From Bacteroidales bacterium (lineage in GTDB: Bacteria > Bacteroidota > Bacteroidia > Bacteroidales > UBA3663): a stretch of 64,000 nt of DNA. Of this stretch, positions 45,272-53,786 are shown one piece after another (position 1 is the stretch's first letter; every line of letters starts with the position of its first letter). Location of the stretch: contig JAZQOF010000012.1 in NCBI GenBank assembly GCA_045627785.1, positions 1,238 to 65,237 of the forward strand, written 5' to 3'. The position numbers and the translations under genes are program-made. Under the pieces are notes generated by a model that saw nothing but the letters and a program-made list of their open reading frames with translations, searched no databases and was not told the origin of the DNA.

Positions 45272-47758
45272 TTAGCTTTCGAGATCGATGTTAATGTTCT
45301 CGCCAGTTACAATAGACCAATCGGCAAGAGTACAAGTAATTGCCTTGATGCCAGTTTTAGTCACAGTAATTGTGTAGATATACTTGTGATTTGGATACCA
45401 ACGTTTAATCTCTGCATCAGCAGTTTGATTAGCGCTTGTGCCAACTGATGTTGCTTTGATGTCTTGAAGACGCTTAACAACATAGTATTGGTTGTTGTCT
45501 GGTGTCTTGACTGTGATGCCTACGAATACAGCCTCATCGTCAGCTGCGATTTCTGTAGCTGTAGTTTTAGAACCACGATAAAGAATCTGTGGAACGACTG
45601 CAATAGAGAATGGCTTTGTCTGAATTGTTGAATAGCTCGTTCCATCAATAGTTACGTTTGAGCCAGTAGAAGTACCCTTTGCAGGTTTATCCATAGCAGA
45701 GTTTCCTGTTGCATCACCTGTTGTAGTAACCTTGCCGATACCAAGATCAACCTGACCTGTACTATACAAGCGAGTAAGAGTAACCTCACACTGAGTTGTA
45801 GTTTCACCTTCAGTTTTTTCAAGAGCAACAGCATTGTCTCCAGTTGTAGTGCGAACAATCACTTCAATGTTACTCATCATGTGAAGCTCGGTGATGTTGA
45901 TATCTCCTGACTTTACTGATGTTACACCAGGATAAAGAAGTGCCTTGTAACCATTTTCGACATCGTATGTATATTGAGTTTTTCCAGCATCTGTGCCAGA
46001 AGCAACAGTTGGCAAACCTGTCTTAAGAGGAGCGCCCCAATGATAGTCATAAGCTCCATCAGCTGTAGCTGCACCATTTGCAATTGTGAAATATGTGTTG
46101 CCAGATGTAGTGCTCTGCATACTTGAATGTGCAGATGAGTTTACAGAGCGGATATGATATGCTGTCTTATTATCCTCGTAGAACCAAGTTGTCTTCCACT
46201 TACCACCATCGACAGTTGGAGTCTGGTTCTTTGAGTATGTACCAGTATAGTCATATCCCTTATTATTTGTGGTGTTGTAATAAGACTCATCAGTAAAGAT
46301 TGCTCCAAGATCCTCTGTCTTAAGATACAATTGGTGTGTAGAATTATCAGTCATGCCATTTGCATCCTTGTGGGTATTGATTGTTATATGGCTGTTATCA
46401 ATATTCTCGTTAGCAGCAAACACTTCACTCCACTCAGCCAATACGGCAGTGATTGTCTCAATCTGTTTCTTGTCAACGGTAATCTGGAGATTATAGTTTA
46501 CACCTTGCTTAAGTGTTACTGTTTTAGCAGTAGTATTAATTCCTGCAGCGGTAAGCTCGTCAGCAGACATGCCTGTATTCCCTGTTTTCTTGGCTGCTTT
46601 GAGAGCTTCATAAAGCTGAGCTTCTGTTACATAATAGTGATTGTTATCGATATCGAATTCAAACACATTCTTAGGAGAAGCAGCACCACCATTCCAGACA
46701 TTATCTGGAAGAATCTGTGCATTAAAAGTGTAATATGAAATATTATCAGTGCCTGTAGTCTTTGTACTTGGAGTAAGTTGTACATTTCCTGTACCATCAC
46801 CAGTAGGAATACTCCATGTGCCATTTACAAGATTAAGTGTACCTTTCTTGTTCGCATCATCAATCTGAATATACGATTTTCCAGAATCAAAGTTGAAATC
46901 TGTAGCTTCTTCCGTCTTAGAAAAACCTGATCCTTCTACTAATTTGATTGTAAGACGTGTTAATGCATGGTTGAACTTCAAATGACCACGGTCGAACTTA
47001 CCTGCGGATGAGTGATCTGCAGTGTTTGAATACAAGAAACGCATACGACCATCGCCATGACCAGTAGCACCTGTCTTTGCAGCTTCTGCAGTGCTTTTGT
47101 CACCTGGCTGCCAAGAACCAACATCGCTACCATCATTATTAGTGTACTTATACCAATAGCGTCCATCTGTACCATCAGTTTGTATGTTACGAGCATATAC
47201 AAGATCTTCTTTGGCATTACTTGCGCTTGTCTGACCATCTTGCTTAACTGTCCACTGAATGGTATGGGTTTCGGCTCCTTCTGTTCCCCAAATAGCACTT
47301 CCTGTTGGCGTTGTTAGCTTGCTTTCTGCCAACTGGGTGTCGGTAGAACCGATAGTATAACCAGGAACGGCCACCGCGTAGACAGACAACCAAGAATCTC
47401 TACCATGAGCATCGTCCCAATAGCGCTTAAACGCATCTGATGTAAATTCAACATTTGAATAATCTGTAGCACCAGTTCCTGTTTGAACACGAGCTACTGC
47501 TTGTGTGCGGGTATACTTATGCTCTGTTGCACTTGTTTCTTTGTTGTCACTCTGAATATGCATCAACAGACCTGTTTCTGTGGCAAAACCGGCTCTTGTA
47601 CTACGAGTAGTTGCGCCCTGCGGATCGCTCATTGAAAACTCAATAGCTTCTTTCAGAGAATCTGGTGTAGCAGGCTCCTGATTGATGATTTCATTGTCAC
47701 TACATGCAGTGGTTAGTGCGACTGCTGCAAATGCTAATGGAAATAATGCTTTTTTCAT
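45272..47758 (-). CDS. fimbrillin-superfamily lipoprotein, tandem double module
   Basis: 828 aa. Lipobox LTTACSD. Arg site TTRSTRA. KFNHALTRLTIKL. Module ends AVLAEWSEV and CTLADWSIV. Confidence 0.7.
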   Translation of the reverse strand: MKKALFPLAFAAVALTTACSDNEIINQEPATPDSLKEAIEFSMSDPQGATTRSTRAGFATETGLLMHIQSDNKETSATEHKYTRTQAVARVQTGTGATDYSNVEFTSDAFKRYWDDAHGRDSWLSVYAVAVPGYTIGSTDTQLAESKLTTPTGSAIWGTEGAETHTIQWTVKQDGQTSASNAKEDLVYARNIQTDGTDGRYWYKYTNNDGSDVGSWQPGDKSTAEAAKTGATGHGDGRMRFLYSNTADHSSAGKFDRGHLKFNHALTRLTIKLVEGSGFSKTEEATDFNFDSGKSYIQIDDANKKGTLNLVNGTWSIPTGDGTGNVQLTPSTKTTGTDNISYYTFNAQILPDNVWNGGAASPKNVFEFDIDNNHYYVTEAQLYEALKAAKKTGNTGMSADELTAAGINTTAKTVTLKQGVNYNLQITVDKKQIETITAVLAEWSEVFAANENIDNSHITINTHKDANGMTDNSTHQLYLKTEDLGAIFTDESYYNTTNNKGYDYTGTYSKNQTPTVDGGKWKTTWFYEDNKTAYHIRSVNSSAHSSMQSTTSGNTYFTIANGAATADGAYDYHWGAPLKTGLPTVASGTDAGKTQYTYDVENGYKALLYPGVTSVKSGDINITELHMMSNIEVIVRTTTGDNAVALEKTEGETTTQCEVTLTRLYSTGQVDLGIGKVTTTGDATGNSAMDKPAKGTSTGSNVTIDGTSYSTIQTKPFSIAVVPQILYRGSKTTATEIAADDEAVFVGITVKTPDNNQYYVVKRLQDIKATSVGTSANQTADAEIKRWYPNHKYIYTITVTKTGIKAITCTLADWSIVTGENINIDLES

Positions 47759-47792
47759 ATATGTTGTTTATTTAATTATTATCTGTGCAAAA

Positions 47793-49076
47793 TTACTGCT
47801 CCAAGTCGGTGCTCAGGCTTCCGTCGACATCTGTCCAGTCGGAGAGTGTGCATGTGACTGTCATGATTGGATGCATCATGTCCTCGAAGTTGAGATGCAG
47901 GTAGTATGTGTGGATACATCCGGCGATCCAGTGAGTTGGATCAACATCGCTGCCTTCTTCTTTCTTGATCTCGTAATCGTGGAAATATGTATTATGTGTT
48001 TCTGACTGAACGATTGTCATCGACACATGAATCTTCAAGTCTTCCTGAGGAAGCTGCATTATGCCGTCCGGGCATTCGAGCCAGTAGGCATATTTTTTAC
48101 TCTGATGCTGACTCAGGTCATTGCTTTCATAAGTCTTTTGAGAAGTCTCGTTTGGTTCAAAGCAGTTGTATTTGAAGATTGGAAATCTATCACTGATAGT
48201 GATATCCGCGAAATTTGAGAATCCGGTAGGGTTTGACCAAGAGTCTGTGCCGTATGCCTCAAATTTGCCAGCTTTGGTCGCAAGTTTCTCGACAGAAATG
48301 ACCAGGTCCTTTATGTAGCTGTTCTTGTCAGTCTGTGCGAGGTTATCTGTATATACCGCGAAACGAACCTTGCTATTGAGGTGATGGAAAGGCATTGCAA
48401 CACGACGTGTCAATGTGGTCGAAGATGTATTGATATCCTTGCCTGCAATAATGTCTCTATCTTCGCCATTCTTGTTGCGACTTACCTGAGACGCGAGATA
48501 TGGTTCTGCAACATTATCGTCAGGTGTGACTTTTGTAGCTGTCGAAGTAGTGCTTTCAGGAGCTTCGAATGTCTGAGCCTGGAAGGCTGTTGGAATCAAC
48601 AGCTCATTGTCGGTAAGCTTTAGACCAGAAAGAGCAGTTGGCGTTGCTATCGACTGTTTCGGCGCTACTGCATGGAAGCGGTAAGGATAACTCGCCAGAT
48701 CCCAGTATTTCTCATCCTGTTTCTGTCCATTATATGTACCTATATAGTTCCAGTTTGACACTACCACGCCATTCCAGTCGTCACGGTTCTCGCTGTAGGC
48801 GACAGTGTATTTGTCCATCACGGTCTGCTGATCCTTTGTGCCGAATGCCTTGTAGGTCGATACGAAGAATCCGCTGTTGAGCATCGCAGAACGAGTGAAG
48901 GCCTTTGTTGTAGCCGTCATGTCCTCTGTCGCGCCTGTGAATCGCAGCGGTTCGTCGCTCTCGGTCGATGGTTTGACAGGAGTGTCAGGAATCTCTTCCA
49001 CAACGCTGTTTGTTGAACAAGCGCTGAGGGAGAGAATCGTTGTTACTATATATATATATAATGTGTTAAGTTTCAT
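47793..49076 (-). CDS. fimbrillin-superfamily lipoprotein (single module)
   Basis: 427 aa. Lipobox LSLSACS. Arg site AFTRSA. PFHHLNSKVRFAV. Module end CTLSDWTDV. Its start overlaps the upstream stop (TGATG at 49074-49078). Confidence 0.68.
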   Translation of the reverse strand: MKLNTLYIYIVTTILSLSACSTNSVVEEIPDTPVKPSTESDEPLRFTGATEDMTATTKAFTRSAMLNSGFFVSTYKAFGTKDQQTVMDKYTVAYSENRDDWNGVVVSNWNYIGTYNGQKQDEKYWDLASYPYRFHAVAPKQSIATPTALSGLKLTDNELLIPTAFQAQTFEAPESTTSTATKVTPDDNVAEPYLASQVSRNKNGEDRDIIAGKDINTSSTTLTRRVAMPFHHLNSKVRFAVYTDNLAQTDKNSYIKDLVISVEKLATKAGKFEAYGTDSWSNPTGFSNFADITISDRFPIFKYNCFEPNETSQKTYESNDLSQHQSKKYAYWLECPDGIMQLPQEDLKIHVSMTIVQSETHNTYFHDYEIKKEEGSDVDPTHWIAGCIHTYYLHLNFEDMMHPIMTVTCTLSDWTDVDGSLSTDLEQ

Positions 49077-51514
49077 CAGTCAGTTACGATGAGTGTTGCA
49101 CGAGCTACTACTTCGCCGCCAACGGTATAAGTCACAATGTAGTTGCTTGGTGTCGCATTTCTCTTGATTGTGATTGTTCTGCCATCGAGACTTACGCCAG
49201 TCATGTTTGTAATAGTCAATGGCGTTGTTGAGTCAACTGCGCCATTCTCAGTAGCTGTTACAGTTACTGTGATATCACTTGTGTCTGTTGGCTCGTCGTT
49301 GTCAACAGTATAACGGCTGAGAGTCAAAGAATATACATTGACAACCTCGAATGTGCGTTCGTATGTTGTTTTTGTTCCGTTGTTATCAACTACAAGGGTA
49401 AGCTTGTACTGTCCGACGGTTGCATCTTTCGCTACTGTGATTGTGTTGCCAGAGAGAGTAACCTTGCTTGCATCAGCTCCAGTTGGTACATCGAGCGTGT
49501 AGGTCATTGCAGCAGTCTTGGCTGGAGTTACAGTGAATGTCTGGCTAGACTGAGACTTCTCAACACGATTGCCAGTGATGCCTGTTGATGGGTTGTAGTC
49601 GATGACTTCGAATGCGAAGTTTGCCTTCTCTGTGTCCTCAATTTTATATACAATCTTGTAACTGCCAGGAACAGCATCCTTCTTGACGATTACCTTACCA
49701 TCCTTGATATATACTTTAGCCTTGTCGTCACCTGAAGTAACTGTGCTTGGATACTCGATCGAGAGAAGGTTTCCACTGAGTGCATAAGGATCTGATGTGA
49801 TTGTAAGCTCAGACTGAGCCTTGCCACGCGTACCGACCTTATTCGCATTGAGAGAAACAGCGTATGCATCGATTACATAGAAATCTACTTCGTATTTCTT
49901 GTTAGGCGCAGCCATAGAATCGTCAGGGGTAAAGGTAAGAGTATATTTGCCGTTTGTCCAATCTGAACCAACAGCAACTGTTACAGTCTTAGCATCGGTT
50001 GTAGTAAGGGTTTCAGGTGTTGTTGCGCCTGGCTTCAAAAGAGACCATGTGCCTGCTACGGTCGTAGTAGGGTCGGCACCCTTTTCCTTAAGAGATGCAA
50101 TAACATTATTGGCAGAACTGCTCTTGACCACATTACCCTGATTGAGCGAGATAGAGTAGTACTTAGTGTTTGCGTCGGAAACATTGATGTCACTACCATC
50201 TTCTTCTGTCCATTCTTCGATTGTACAGTTGTCGAAGACGATAGGCAGGAGAGCAGCCTTTGCTGGAACATCAGGATCTGTAGGATCGACTGTAGGATTA
50301 TCTTCAGTTGTACCGTTACTGTTCTTTGTAATCTTGAAGATATATGTATAATGTGAGTTAGGCTGCCAGTTACACATGTTGGCAGGAACGTAAGCTGTAG
50401 CATTGTTGATTGTGATACGTTCGCCTGTGTCTGATGTGAGCTCGTATGACACATGGAATGTCAAACCACCAGTAGCATCACTCTTAGGAATACCATAGTA
50501 TGAAGTAGGAGATGGCGTTGCCTCAACGCTTGTTGTTGCAATCTTCTGTACTTCAGGAGCGGCGAACATAAGAAGCTCTGAAGCCTTTGTAACATCATGT
50601 TCAACTGTACCAACCTGTGACAGTGTTGCTGTTGTGCCATTGAATACGATTTTCGCACCAGTTGACTTGTAATATGTACCACGAGAATATGTGCCTGCAG
50701 CGCTCTTGATTGCAGGAACGGCATAAACACCACCGTAAGAATTGCTGAGGTTGATGATGCGTACGTCGTAACCTTCAAGATCCTCGTAGAACTTGATGTT
50801 GATCTTCGAAGTCATGTGCTTGAACTGAAGGCTTACGTCCTTGCCGTAGTCATCCTTGTTGACCTGTGTGACAGCGTACATGAACTCGTAGTCGGTATTG
50901 TTGTTGTATCCGTCCTTGATTGCGCCGGAAGGAATGTCCAATGTCTTTGTGCTGTTGTCGAAAGTCACAGCAGTAGAGGTGAAATCCTTGTTGACGTATG
51001 GAGTGTAAGCGTAGAACATTGTATTGTCGGCAGCTTTATCCCAATACTTGAGATACTGCTTGCTGTTGTTCGAGATGTATCGCTTGTCATCCTTACGATA
51101 GTAGCCGTCACCACCAGTATAGTCGTATTCTGTGTTACCCATCTTCTCGTAAGCCCACATAGACTCGCCCGAAGTAGTGCCCGAACCATCGCCGAGAGTT
51201 GTCTGGTTCTCCTTTGTCATGTAGTAACCAGCCTTCTTAGCAATATTCATGTAGCCGACAAGATAGTTGTCCATCACGCTGTATGATGTTTCTGAACTCT
51301 TGTATGCAAATACGCCGAAGTTGTAGATGTCAACATCCTGCAACATTGTTGCTCTTGTCATGTTCTGGCTTGAAACAACAAAACCCATAGGCATGTCTGT
51401 TTCAGCGCCTCCGTTAGGTGTGTTCGGTGTCTCTGGCAACTGTTCGATGATTCCATCGCTTGTGCAACCTGCTACGAGAGCAGAGAGAATGGTTAGATAG
51501 AAATACTTTTTCAT
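49076..51514 (-). CDS. fimbrillin-superfamily lipoprotein with C-terminal Ig-like repeat region (candidate major/stalk subunit)
   Basis: 812 aa. Lipobox LVAGCTSD. Arg site NMTRAT. QFKHMTSKINIKF. Module end CTIEEWTEE. This is followed by about 380 aa of repetitive beta-rich, Ig-like sequence. The stalk role is a guess. Confidence 0.65.
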   Translation of the reverse strand: MKKYFYLTILSALVAGCTSDGIIEQLPETPNTPNGGAETDMPMGFVVSSQNMTRATMLQDVDIYNFGVFAYKSSETSYSVMDNYLVGYMNIAKKAGYYMTKENQTTLGDGSGTTSGESMWAYEKMGNTEYDYTGGDGYYRKDDKRYISNNSKQYLKYWDKAADNTMFYAYTPYVNKDFTSTAVTFDNSTKTLDIPSGAIKDGYNNNTDYEFMYAVTQVNKDDYGKDVSLQFKHMTSKINIKFYEDLEGYDVRIINLSNSYGGVYAVPAIKSAAGTYSRGTYYKSTGAKIVFNGTTATLSQVGTVEHDVTKASELLMFAAPEVQKIATTSVEATPSPTSYYGIPKSDATGGLTFHVSYELTSDTGERITINNATAYVPANMCNWQPNSHYTYIFKITKNSNGTTEDNPTVDPTDPDVPAKAALLPIVFDNCTIEEWTEEDGSDINVSDANTKYYSISLNQGNVVKSSSANNVIASLKEKGADPTTTVAGTWSLLKPGATTPETLTTTDAKTVTVAVGSDWTNGKYTLTFTPDDSMAAPNKKYEVDFYVIDAYAVSLNANKVGTRGKAQSELTITSDPYALSGNLLSIEYPSTVTSGDDKAKVYIKDGKVIVKKDAVPGSYKIVYKIEDTEKANFAFEVIDYNPSTGITGNRVEKSQSSQTFTVTPAKTAAMTYTLDVPTGADASKVTLSGNTITVAKDATVGQYKLTLVVDNNGTKTTYERTFEVVNVYSLTLSRYTVDNDEPTDTSDITVTVTATENGAVDSTTPLTITNMTGVSLDGRTITIKRNATPSNYIVTYTVGGEVVARATLIVTD

Positions 51515-51536
51515 ATATTTTGATACTGTTATTTAT

Positions 51537-52841
51537 TTACATTATTATTTCGTAAACGATCTCATCGTAGTCTTCGACTGTCGGGATGAAGAGCGAACCG
51601 GGACCTTCATGCGGATCATCTGGGTCATCCGGATCGTCCGGGTCATCGGGATCATCAGGATCCGGTTTGTCAGGAGTAGGGATGCTTCCGCTGTCGAGAA
51701 CGATGGTGATCACACCGCCGTATGGCATGTATCGTACCTGATCGGTGACATCTGCTTCGAGTGTTGCCTTGGCTCCGTTCTTGAATGTCAGGTCAACATA
51801 TACGAAGTTCTTCAGATCCTTGCGTGAGCCTGTGTAGTTGTCCGGCAGAGCTCTTGTCTCACGGTTCATGTCACAGAGACCGTATGTGGTGAGCCTTCCG
51901 CCAATGATATCTACATGCTCGCCTTTCTTAATTCCAAGAGTGTCCTCGTGGTTGAATAGGATGTCTTTCTTCATTCGGCTCTCGTAATATACGACCGATG
52001 GGGCATCCCATGTCTTTCCGAAGTTGACCGAAGTGCCGGAAGAGATGTTCGACATCGCATTGTCGCCCGAAGTGCCTGCAATGCGTCCGTCACCGTTGTT
52101 CTTGAATATAACCTGAACCAGATAGGTGTAAACCAACGGCTGGAGCATACATTTAATTTTTTTAATATATGTATGCGTAGCCTCATGCCACTCATAGTCG
52201 GACATGTCGTTGGAAATATGGATGTTCTGCGGATATGCAGAATAGAATATCTCCGGCTGGTCGAAGAGCAATGTTGCCTTTGTGTCCTTGTCGGCAGATG
52301 CTGTGAGCAGTCTGATGCCTGGAACAACGTCGTAGGCAGTCTCTACTTTCTTCATACCTTTCTTGAAAGTCGATGATGCAGTAATCTCCTGCATGTTACT
52401 TTCGTCGATGGTCACATTCTGTTTGCCTGTCGGTGAGTCAATCTCGCTCCAGAGAAGCAGGTCGTAGTATCCGAACTTGTATTTGCGCTTGAATGGGTTC
52501 TCGTAAACCTGGAATGGTTCGACCTGCCCGTGTTTTGCGCCAGGAGTATCGCCGAGGAAATATCGTCTCGCCTCGAAACTGGTTGGCGTAGGATATTCAA
52601 TCTTACCCCAGAGAAGACTATCTGTGCTGTCCCATCCGTAGAACCAGTGCTTCTTCCATTCGGTGTTGATGTTCCATTGGATCTCTGTGTTCAACTCAAG
52701 CTGGATCTCTACTTCAACATCGGTCTGCGCCTCGCCTTCAGGCCAGTGGATAGGAGGCTCGATGCAGGAAACTGTGCTGACGATGACGAAAACGAAAACG
52801 ATAACGTCTATGACAGATTTATGGAGGAATCCCTTTATCAT
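51537..52841 (-). CDS. lipoprotein of unknown function with Asp-Pro repeat (accessory/anchor candidate; DUF5119-like?)
   Basis: I chose the internal ATG at 52841 (MIKGFLHKSVIDVIVFVFVIVSTVSC, lipobox). It forms an ATGA overlap with the upstream stop. PDKPDPDDPDDPDDPDDPDDP lies near the C-terminus. The family name is from memory and uncertain. Confidence 0.55.
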   Translation of the reverse strand: MIKGFLHKSVIDVIVFVFVIVSTVSCIEPPIHWPEGEAQTDVEVEIQLELNTEIQWNINTEWKKHWFYGWDSTDSLLWGKIEYPTPTSFEARRYFLGDTPGAKHGQVEPFQVYENPFKRKYKFGYYDLLLWSEIDSPTGKQNVTIDESNMQEITASSTFKKGMKKVETAYDVVPGIRLLTASADKDTKATLLFDQPEIFYSAYPQNIHISNDMSDYEWHEATHTYIKKIKCMLQPLVYTYLVQVIFKNNGDGRIAGTSGDNAMSNISSGTSVNFGKTWDAPSVVYYESRMKKDILFNHEDTLGIKKGEHVDIIGGRLTTYGLCDMNRETRALPDNYTGSRKDLKNFVYVDLTFKNGAKATLEADVTDQVRYMPYGGVITIVLDSGSIPTPDKPDPDDPDDPDDPDDPDDPHEGPGSLFIPTVEDYDEIVYEIIM

Positions 52842-53662
52842 AGCGAGCCTCCTTTCCGCGCAGCACTGCGCTTTCTGTAAATGATATCGTATGTCACTTG
52901 AATGCCGATATTGGTAGGACCGAACCAAGTGAACTTATTGTTGCGTTCCTTGTACTGATCCTTGCTCAATGTCGTGTCGTAGTAATACCAGTCCTTGCTT
53001 GTGTCTCCTGTGCGAGGATCGCCCCAGACGTATGGATCATAGTATGTCATGTAGAAACCTACAGCTGCCATGAATTCTAGGCGCAGGTTCTTCTTTTTGG
53101 TGAGAGGCATCACGTAACCGATGCCGAGACCAGCGCCTCCGCCTTCACCCATCCAGCCTTTCTTCTCACTAAGGCCGATGCCGTATTTGTTACCGTGGGC
53201 ATAAGCTCCGATGTAAGCACCTGTGAACTGAGCCTCGCCCTTGAAATAACGGCGGACTTCGAACTGGAGGTCACGAACCTGGAAGAACTTGTGGTCGTCC
53301 CAATGACGGTGATTGCTCCAAGTGAATCCGAGGTTGTATGTGTAATGTCCGTCTTTCGGATAATACTCGAGCTGTATGTTGGCAGAAGGAGCAAAGCCGA
53401 ATTGCGGCATGTAGAACAAATCGTGGAGGAGATTGGTGCGGATTGCAAGCGCACGCTGTTTTACTGTTTCTTGTGGTTCGGATTTCAGAAAATAGTCAAC
53501 TTCAGGTTTTCCAAGAGGTCTCTCTGCAACATAGCAAAGTACTGTGCATTCAGGACGGTCAAGGCAGACTTTAGTGTAGTCAGTAAACGTGACCTCCTGT
53601 GCATACGCACGCATAATAAACGCGAGGATGAAAATTGCTATGATGGATAATACCTTTTTCAA
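52838..53662 (-). CDS. DUF3575-like outer-membrane beta-barrel protein, first gene of the fimbrillin locus
   Basis: 274 aa with TTG start. Signal peptide MKKVLSIIAIFILAFIMRAYAQ. Alternating aromatic/Gly-rich strands (GAYIGAYAHGNKYGIGL, GAGLGIGYVMPL, LEFMAAVGFYMTYY). The family name is from memory. Confidence 0.65.
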   Translation of the reverse strand: MKKVLSIIAIFILAFIMRAYAQEVTFTDYTKVCLDRPECTVLCYVAERPLGKPEVDYFLKSEPQETVKQRALAIRTNLLHDLFYMPQFGFAPSANIQLEYYPKDGHYTYNLGFTWSNHRHWDDHKFFQVRDLQFEVRRYFKGEAQFTGAYIGAYAHGNKYGIGLSEKKGWMGEGGGAGLGIGYVMPLTKKKNLRLEFMAAVGFYMTYYDPYVWGDPRTGDTSKDWYYYDTTLSKDQYKERNNKFTWFGPTNIGIQVTYDIIYRKRSAARKGGSL

Positions 53663-53713
53663 TTTTGCAGCTGTTTATGAACGTAAAGCTAAAATTAGCT
53701 ATTTTATTAGCTG

Positions 53714-53721
53714 CAAATTTA
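53714..53721 (-). promoter_or_regulatory. candidate -7 box (TAAATTTG on minus strand) for the fimbrillin locus
   Basis: TAnnTTTG match 51 nt upstream of the TTG start at 53662. The expected -33 position falls inside the A15 tract. Confidence 0.45.
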
Positions 53722-53735
53722 CAATTTTTCTGCTA

Positions 53736-53750
53736 TTTTTTTTTTTTTTT
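53736..53750. repeat. homopolymeric T15 (A15 on the coding strand of the locus) tract in the promoter region
   Basis: Fifteen consecutive T, counted directly. It starts 14 nt upstream of the candidate -7 box. Confidence 0.95.
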
Positions 53751-53786
53751 CTTTAGAAAAATGCCGAAATATGCTGCAAAACATAT

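Noticed and set aside
24616-53662. The 29-kb locus considered as a mobile element or integrative island
   Set aside because: No integrase, transposase, conjugation gene, tRNA target or flanking direct repeats are visible in the window. Only a neighbouring toxin-antitoxin pair and an apparent compositional difference hint at acquisition, so I made no mobile_element call.
53664-53717. 9-bp inverted repeat TTTGCAGCT/AGCTGCAAA considered as the ends of an invertible promoter or as an mRNA leader hairpin
   Set aside because: The 36-nt spacer is far too short for a recombinase-invertible promoter, and no recombinase gene is nearby. One arm overlaps the -7 box and would not be transcribed, so an mRNA hairpin is unlikely. 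I kept it only as a possible operator in the promoter finding.
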